Shown: positions 58,420-64,000 of the stretch, piece after piece
Layout: the number at the start of each line of letters is the position of its first letter
How positions within the stretch are numbered: position 1 is the stretch's first letter
NCBI GenBank assembly: GCA_017460665.1
Contig: JAFUAO010000100.1
Coordinates: forward strand, 575 to 64,574
Direction: 5' to 3'
Length of the DNA stretch: 64,000 nucleotides
Source of the DNA: Ruminococcus sp.
GTDB lineage: Bacteria > Bacillota > Clostridia > Oscillospirales > Ruminococcaceae
Notes under the pieces: model-generated
Seen by the model: only the letters and a program-made list of their open reading frames with translations
What the model was told of the DNA's origin: nothing
Databases searched by the model: none
Translations under genes and position numbers: made by a program

Positions 58420-58719
58420 ATGAAGAAGCTATCCAGCCGGATCGCAGCTATTTTCCTGTGTCTGCTGTCAGTTGCCGTTATACTGACAGCCTCAGGATAT
58501 ATCGCAGATCACGCCGGCCACGACTGCTCCGGCGAGGACTGTGCGGTCTGCCATGTGATCTCTGATCTGAGCAGGACCGTCAGCGCTCTCGGTGCAGCAG
58601 GAGCCTCTGCTGCCGCAGCCGCTGCTGCCCTATTTTTCGCCTATAACACCGCCGTCACGAAGAGGAGGCCGGTGTGCTTCGCCACGCCCGTCACTCTCAG
58701 ACAGCGCCTATTGAACTGA
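58420..58719 (+). CDS. Small membrane protein with His/Cys motif
   Basis: DHAGHDCSGEDCAVCH between two hydrophobic segments; GGAGGT RBS. Confidence 0.72.
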   Translation: MKKLSSRIAAIFLCLLSVAVILTASGYIADHAGHDCSGEDCAVCHVISDLSRTVSALGAAGASAAAAAAALFFAYNTAVTKRRPVCFATPVTLRQRLLN

Positions 58720-58821
58720 GAAAAAGCGCACAGAGCTCCATGGGATAGCTATGCCCTGATGAGCCTGTGCGCCTTGCTATTCCGATATTTAGATAAAATT
58801 TATGTCAATTAGGAGAAAATA

Positions 58822-59796
58822 ATGATAAAAAGAATTACTGCACTTGCTCTTTGCGGAGCTCTTTCTGCCTGCGCCCTTGCCGGCTGCGGAGAGAGCTCTT
58901 CCCCGAAAAACAGCCAGCTCAGCGTTGTCTGCACGATCTTCCCGGAGTACGATTGGGTCCGCCAGATCTTGGGCTCCCACGCTGACGATGCTCAGATCAC
59001 CTACCTGCTGGACAGCGGCGCCGACCTCCACAACTACCAGCCCACGGCGGCCGACATGGTGAAGATCACCACCTGCGACCTGTTCATCTACGCCGGCGGA
59101 GAGTCCGACGACTGGGTGGAGGACGCCCTTTCCGAGGCCGAAAACGAACAGATACGCTCCCTTTCCCTCCTTGAGGCCGTCGGCAGCGCCGCCAAGAAGG
59201 AGGAGCTGATCGAGGGCATGGAGCCCGAGGAGGAAGAAGAGGAGGACGAAGAGGAAGGCCCTGAGTACGACGAGCACGTCTGGCTCTCCCTTCGCAATGC
59301 TCAGGTCCTCTGCTCGGCGATCACCGACCAGCTCTGCCAGATCAAGCCCGAGCTGGAGACCGACCTCCGCCAGAACTGCGAGAGCTACAACGCCCAGCTC
59401 GACGAGCTTGACGGCAAGCTCTCACTTCTCTTCGGCGACCACCCGGACACGGCCCTGATCTTCGGGGACCGCTTCCCCTTCCGCTACTTCGTGGACGACT
59501 ACGGCGTGGACTACTACGCCGCCTTCGTGGGCTGCTCGGCGGAGACCGAGGCCAGCTTCGAGACCGTCACCTTCCTTGCCGACAAGCTGGCTCAGCTTGA
59601 TCCCTGCGTGATCTTCACGATCGAGGGCTCTGACCACAAGATCGCCGAAACAGTCATCGCAAACTCCCCTGCCGACGCCCAGATCGCTGAGCTGAGCTCG
59701 GTCCAGTCGGTGAACAAGAGCCAGATCCAGTCCGGCACCACATACCTCTCCCTAATGGAGGGGAACTACGAAACACTGAAAGAGGTCCTGAAATAA
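58822..59796 (+). CDS. Zn/Mn ABC transporter substrate-binding lipoprotein (ZnuA/AdcA-like)
   Basis: Lipobox LAGC, DLHNYQPT, DEHVWLS, acidic linker, DRFPFRYF. Confidence 0.92.
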   Translation: MIKRITALALCGALSACALAGCGESSSPKNSQLSVVCTIFPEYDWVRQILGSHADDAQITYLLDSGADLHNYQPTAADMVKITTCDLFIYAGGESDDWVEDALSEAENEQIRSLSLLEAVGSAAKKEELIEGMEPEEEEEEDEEEGPEYDEHVWLSLRNAQVLCSAITDQLCQIKPELETDLRQNCESYNAQLDELDGKLSLLFGDHPDTALIFGDRFPFRYFVDDYGVDYYAAFVGCSAETEASFETVTFLADKLAQLDPCVIFTIEGSDHKIAETVIANSPADAQIAELSSVQSVNKSQIQSGTTYLSLMEGNYETLKEVLK

Positions 59797-59797
59797 A

Positions 59798-60520
59798 ATG
59801 AACGTACAGATCGCCTGCAAAAACGTCGCCCTGGGCTATGAAGGCAGCATAGTTGCCGAAAAACTGAGCTTTGAGGTAGCTCCCGGGGATCATCTTTACA
59901 TACTCGGCGAGAACGGCTCCGGCAAGAGCACTCTGGTGAAGGCCCTTCTGGGACTGAAGCCCCAGCTCTCCGGAGAGATCCTCCGGGGAGAGGGGGTCGC
60001 TCCCGGCCAGATCGGGTATCTTCCCCAGCAGCCCCTGGTACAGCGGGACTTCCCCGCCTCTGTCAGAGAGATCGTGCTGTCGGGCTGCCTTTCAAAAAGC
60101 GGTCTGAGGCCCTTCTACAACGCAGCCGAGCGTGAAAGGGCTGCTGCCGCAATGGAGCGCCTTGGCATAACGGAGCTCTCGAAGCGCTGCTACAGGGAGC
60201 TCTCCGGCGGTCAGCAGCAGAGGGTCCTCCTTGCAAGAGCTCTCTGCGCCGCCGGGAAGATCCTCCTCCTCGACGAGCCTGTCACAGGGCTCGACCCAAG
60301 GGCGCAGGCGGATCTGTACGAGATGATCGGCAGCCTCAACCGTGACGGCGTGACTATAATAATGGTGTCCCACGACGTGGGCGCCGCCATGAGGCACGCC
60401 TCCCATATCCTACATATCGGCAGCCGCCGCCAGCTCTTCTTCGGCACCGCTGAGGACTACGCAAAAAGCGCCGTCGGCAGGACATTTATCGCAAGTGAGG
60501 AGGCTGAGAACGATGACTGA
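59798..60520 (+). CDS. Metal ABC transporter ATP-binding protein (ZnuC-like)
   Basis: GENGSGKST, LSGGQQQR, LLDEP. Confidence 0.93.
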   Translation: MNVQIACKNVALGYEGSIVAEKLSFEVAPGDHLYILGENGSGKSTLVKALLGLKPQLSGEILRGEGVAPGQIGYLPQQPLVQRDFPASVREIVLSGCLSKSGLRPFYNAAERERAAAAMERLGITELSKRCYRELSGGQQQRVLLARALCAAGKILLLDEPVTGLDPRAQADLYEMIGSLNRDGVTIIMVSHDVGAAMRHASHILHIGSRRQLFFGTAEDYAKSAVGRTFIASEEAENDD

Positions 60521-61367
60521 GATCCTTTCCACGCTGCATGAGTTCTTCCAGTACTCCTTCGTCAGGTACGCCTTCATCGTGGGGCTGCTCATAGCCCTGT
60601 GCGCCTCTCTCTTGGGAGTGACGCTGGTGCTGAAGCGCTTCTCCTTCATCGGCGACGGTCTCTCTCATGTGGCCTTCGGAGCAATGGCTGCTGCGGCAGT
60701 CACCGGCCTGACCAACGAGAACCTCATCGTCCTCCCGGTGACGCTGATCTCGGCTATACTGCTGCTGAGGACCGGCCAGAACACCCGGATAAAGGGCGAT
60801 GCCGCCGTTGCCATGATCTCAGTGGGAGCTCTGGCGATCGGCTATATGCTCATGAACATCTTCCCCACCTCGGCCAACATCTCCGCCGACGTTTGCAGCA
60901 CGCTTTTTGGCTCATTCTCGATACTTGCGCTGAAGCCCTCCGATGTCAGGCTCTGCGTGGTCATGTCGGCGATCGTGATCGGCACCTTCATCTTCTTCTA
61001 CAACAAGATCTTCGCCGTCACCTTCGACGAGAGCTTCGCCAAGGCCACCGGCGTCAAGGCCGAGCTCTACAACACTCTCATCGCAGTGATCACTGCACTG
61101 ATCATAGTGCTGGCCATGAATTTAGTGGGCTCGCTGCTGATCTCGGCACTGATCATCTTCCCGGCGCTGTCGGCTATGCGGCTCTTTAGGAGCTTCCGCA
61201 GCGTCATCATCTGCTCGGCAGTCATATCAGTGGTCTGCGCCGGAGCAGGTATACTCCTATCCATACTCGTTTCCACACCCGTAGGCTCCACCATAGTAGT
61301 GGCAGATCTTGCCGTTTTCCTGGTGTTCAGCCTCATCTCAAAGGCCGTAAGGAGGTCAGAAAAATGA
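60513..61367 (+). CDS. Metal ABC transporter permease (ZnuB-like)
   Basis: GDGLSHVAFG, TFDESFA, VGSLLISAL. Confidence 0.92.
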   Translation: MTEILSTLHEFFQYSFVRYAFIVGLLIALCASLLGVTLVLKRFSFIGDGLSHVAFGAMAAAAVTGLTNENLIVLPVTLISAILLLRTGQNTRIKGDAAVAMISVGALAIGYMLMNIFPTSANISADVCSTLFGSFSILALKPSDVRLCVVMSAIVIGTFIFFYNKIFAVTFDESFAKATGVKAELYNTLIAVITALIIVLAMNLVGSLLISALIIFPALSAMRLFRSFRSVIICSAVISVVCAGAGILLSILVSTPVGSTIVVADLAVFLVFSLISKAVRRSEK

Positions 61368-61918
61368 AAAGAACAGCTCTCTTCACCGCAGCTATCCTTG
61401 CAGCAGCCGCTGTGACTGCCTGCGGAGACACATCAGCCATGGAGTCCATCATCAGTGAGCAGGAAAGCTCCTCCTCCGAGGTGGACCTTGCCGACTACTA
61501 CAGCGACGTGCTGACGGCTTCCTCCGGAGAGGAGGCCTTCCCGAACACCTCCAACGGAGATGTGGACATCGACCTCACTCAGCTCAGCTCCAGTATGGTC
61601 TACGGTCAGGTCTATGATATGGTCTATAGCTCTGAGAACTACGTCGGGAAAAAGGTCCGGGCAAAGGGGAATTTCTCCTACTACAAGGACCCCGACAACG
61701 GCAACGAGTACTTCGCTGTGCTTATCAGCGACGCCGCAGCCTGCTGCAGCCAGGGCATAGAGTTCGTCCTCGCCGACGCAGACGCTGTCTACCCCGACGA
61801 CTACCCTCCCCTCAACACCGAGATCACCGTGGAGGGCAGCTTCAACTACTACAAGGAGAACTACAGCACCTACTGCCAGCTCCAAAATGCCACCATGCAG
61901 ACCGAGCTCTCATGGTAA
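61364..61918 (+). CDS. Lipoprotein with CCxQG motif, associated with the metal ABC operon
   Basis: Lipobox VTAC, DAAACCSQGIEF; overlaps permease stop. Confidence 0.75.
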   Translation: MKRTALFTAAILAAAAVTACGDTSAMESIISEQESSSSEVDLADYYSDVLTASSGEEAFPNTSNGDVDIDLTQLSSSMVYGQVYDMVYSSENYVGKKVRAKGNFSYYKDPDNGNEYFAVLISDAAACCSQGIEFVLADADAVYPDDYPPLNTEITVEGSFNYYKENYSTYCQLQNATMQTELSW

Positions 61919-62038
61919 AAGGGTGAAGAATTTTGTAAAAAGCTCTTTACAAAATTGTCGGAAAGTGTTATAATAATATAACAGAAACATTGTTATATTA
62001 TTATCAATCCACACAGCACTTTCAAGGAGGTGCCCGGT

Positions 62039-62671
62039 ATGCAGTTAGCTTTATGTACCCTCATCGGCTACTTTATCGGAAATATCAACCCGGCCTACAT
62101 CATCGGCAGGCTGAAGGGATTCGATATCCGGCAGAGAGGCTCGGGGAATGCGGGGGCTTCAAATGTTGTTATCACTATGGGAAAGAAGGCCGGCCTGTTC
62201 ACTGCCCTTTTCGATATTTTCAAGGCAGCGGCGGCGGCGCTGATCGCTTATCACTTCTTCCCGCAGCTCAAATGCGCAAAGATCCTTTCGGGCAGCGCCT
62301 GCCTGCTGGGACACATCTTCCCTGTGATGATGAGGTTCCACGGCGGAAAGGGCCTTGCCTGCTTGGGCGGACTGATCATCGCCTTCGACCCGAAGGTGTT
62401 CCTGCTGCTGCTCATGTTCGAGCTGGTGCTGGGACTGGCAGCGGACTACGTCTGCATAGTGCCGACCACGGGCTCGCTGATCTTCACGGCGGTCTACGCA
62501 CTGATGACGGGGGATCCATTGGGAACGCTGATCTTGGCGGCGGTATCGCTGGTGATCATGTACAAGCACATCGAGAATTTCCGGCGGATCCAGCACGGGA
62601 CCGAGGCGCATATCAGTTTCCTCTGGCACAAGGACGAGGAGATCGAACGTATCCGCAACAATTCAAACTGA
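62039..62671 (+). CDS. plsY: Glycerol-3-phosphate acyltransferase
   Basis: DIRQRGSGNAGASN, GHIFP, GGKGLA, KHIENF. Confidence 0.9.
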   Translation: MQLALCTLIGYFIGNINPAYIIGRLKGFDIRQRGSGNAGASNVVITMGKKAGLFTALFDIFKAAAAALIAYHFFPQLKCAKILSGSACLLGHIFPVMMRFHGGKGLACLGGLIIAFDPKVFLLLLMFELVLGLAADYVCIVPTTGSLIFTAVYALMTGDPLGTLILAAVSLVIMYKHIENFRRIQHGTEAHISFLWHKDEEIERIRNNSN

Positions 62672-62672
62672 C

Positions 62673-62702
62673 AAAAAGGGACTGCGAAAGCAGTCCCTTT
62701 TT
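62673..62702 (+). terminator. Intrinsic terminator
   Basis: AAAAAGGGACTGC-gaaa-GCAGTCCCTTTTT. Confidence 0.8.
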
Positions 62703-63122
62703 GAGTTCTGAGTTATTAGTGCGTAGTGCTTAGCTTTAGTTGAGAGTTTAGAGTAGGGGAGGCCGCCCTCGGCCTCCCGGCCGTGACCGGAAAAACGTAG
62801 GGGCGGACCCGTGTTAAGCTGCGTACCAGATCTTTGATCTGGCTTTCGCAGCTATATGCATAGCAGTCCGCCCGGCCCGTTCGACGACACCTGCCTCGTT
62901 GCCGCTGAGCGGCAAGGCCTACCTGATGGACCGGTGGAAGGGGACGCCCTCTGCGGAGGGAGTCCAGAGGCTCTGCCTCTGGACTCCGCAAGCCTTTGAA
63001 AAGGCCCCCTCGAAACTTTTAATTGCAATTTGTCATTCAAACATTTTCAGATCCGTCCGCCAAAGGCGACACCACAAATTCCGAATTCCGAATTGAAAAG
63101 GGCGAACCAAGTTCGCCCTTTT
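62703..63122. repeat. REP/hairpin cluster related to those at 12.8-13.5 kb and 28.2-28.6 kb
   Basis: GTAGGG-REPs at 62753 and 62797; shared end module AGATCCGTCCGCC..AGGCGACACCAC-AAATTCCGAATTCCGAATT at 63049-63094; terminator 63096-63122. Confidence 0.75.
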
Positions 63123-63126
63123 CGTA

Positions 63127-63999
63127 TCACTTGTAAAGCGGTCCGTATGCGCCGCAGGCTCGGTAGTCTGCGCCCTCAAGATCCTTCGTTCCAAAGGCTG
63201 CCCATGTGTTGGGACGGTAAATGTCCTCGTCCGCTACGTTGTGCATGGAAACAGGGATCCTCAGCATGGAGGCCAGCGTGATGATGTCCCGGCCGATATG
63301 CCCGTAGGTGATAGCGCCGTGGTTTGCGCCCCAGTTGGCCATCACCGAGTAAACGTCCTTGAAGGCGCCCTCGCCGGTGAGCCTCGGTGCGAACCATGTG
63401 GTGGGCCAGGTCTTGTCTGTGCGCTCGTCAAGGATCTTGTGGACCTTGTTGGGGATCGTCACAGTGTAGCCCTCTGCGATCTGGAGGAAGGGCTGAGTGC
63501 CGTTGAGGATATTCAGCCTGACCATGGTCACAGGCATCTCTGCACGGGTGCGGAAGTGGCTTGAATAGCCGCCGCCACGGAAGTAGCCCAGATTTGCGCT
63601 GCACCAGTCTGTCGCCTCCAGCATTGCGCTGATGTCGTCATCGGTAACGTCCCACCAAGGCTTCATGCAGCCCTTGCCGCTCTCGTCCTTGGAGGCTCCC
63701 GTTGCGTCGAGGCAGGCCGCTCCGGAGTTGATCAGGTGGATAAATCCGCCCTCTGCCAGGCCCTCAGGCTTCCAGCCGGAAACTCTCTCAACAGCCTCCG
63801 GGCTCCAATAAGTACGCACGTCTGCGAAGATAGGAGCCGTGCCGGTCAGGAGCTTCCCGAAGAGCATGGAGACTCCGTTGAGGCCGTCGTTCTCGGTGGC
63901 AACGGTAACAGGCTCCTTCTTGCCATTCCAGTCGAAGGTGGAGTTGAGTATCGCCTCCATGAAGTCGCCGTTGGGGAGCCAGTCCGTCCACTGCCTCTG
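63127..63999 (-). CDS. fucI: L-fucose isomerase (5' part outside window)
   Basis: [46 protein letters not shown]. Confidence 0.93.
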   Translation of the reverse strand, partial: QRQWTDWLPNGDFMEAILNSTFDWNGKKEPVTVATENDGLNGVSMLFGKLLTGTAPIFADVRTYWSPEAVERVSGWKPEGLAEGGFIHLINSGAACLDATGASKDESGKGCMKPWWDVTDDDISAMLEATDWCSANLGYFRGGGYSSHFRTRAEMPVTMVRLNILNGTQPFLQIAEGYTVTIPNKVHKILDERTDKTWPTTWFAPRLTGEGAFKDVYSVMANWGANHGAITYGHIGRDIITLASMLRIPVSMHNVADEDIYRPNTWAAFGTKDLEGADYRACGAYGPLYK

Positions 64000-64000
64000 G

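Noticed and set aside
62716-63096. Short ORFs across the plsY-fucI intergenic region
   Set aside because: They are products of GC-rich repeats.

Overview
Chromosomal window from a Bacillota anaerobe, most likely a Ruminococcus-like cellulolytic Oscillospiraceae (cohesin-dockerin protein, PolC, GC-rich host codon usage). (1) Positions 1 to about 10.9 kb are the right end of a mostly AT-rich genomic island. It holds the 3' part of a type I R-M hsdS, a CHAT (caspase-like) protease plus DUF4365 nuclease-fold gene pair, a 300-bp nested palindrome with facing promoters, a solo IS200 tnpA, a leftward operon XRE - ImmA/IrrE - DUF4417 - JAB-motif protein - small ORF - DUF4274, an ssb and an ATPase-DUF234 gene. 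It ends in integrase arm-like repeats at the 3' end of the GGGtGRT gene. (2) Positions 10.9-50 kb are core genome: GGGtGRT/NifU-like pair, GT2 + DUF6020, ABC transporter, a type IIA topoisomerase pair, FHA-SEDS-PBP, hpf, a complete his operon with interleaved extra genes, and polC-ispG-rseP-dxr-cdsA-uppS-frr-pyrH, followed by two tRNA-Ser. (3) A 6.4-kb integrative mobilisable element sits in tRNA-Ser(GCT) with a 24-bp att duplication: integrase, XRE, Xis, HUH rolling-circle Rep and an atypical MobV with a candidate oriT. (4) The window ends with a Spo0A_C protein, an adaptor scaffoldin, a Fur/Zur-boxed metal ABC operon, plsY and the 3' part of fucI. Three intergenic GTAG-type REP clusters share exact sequence modules. 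The best candidates for an undescribed system are the CHAT+DUF4365 pair and the DUF4417-JAB-immunity module. All family calls are by motif recognition from memory; no database search was run.
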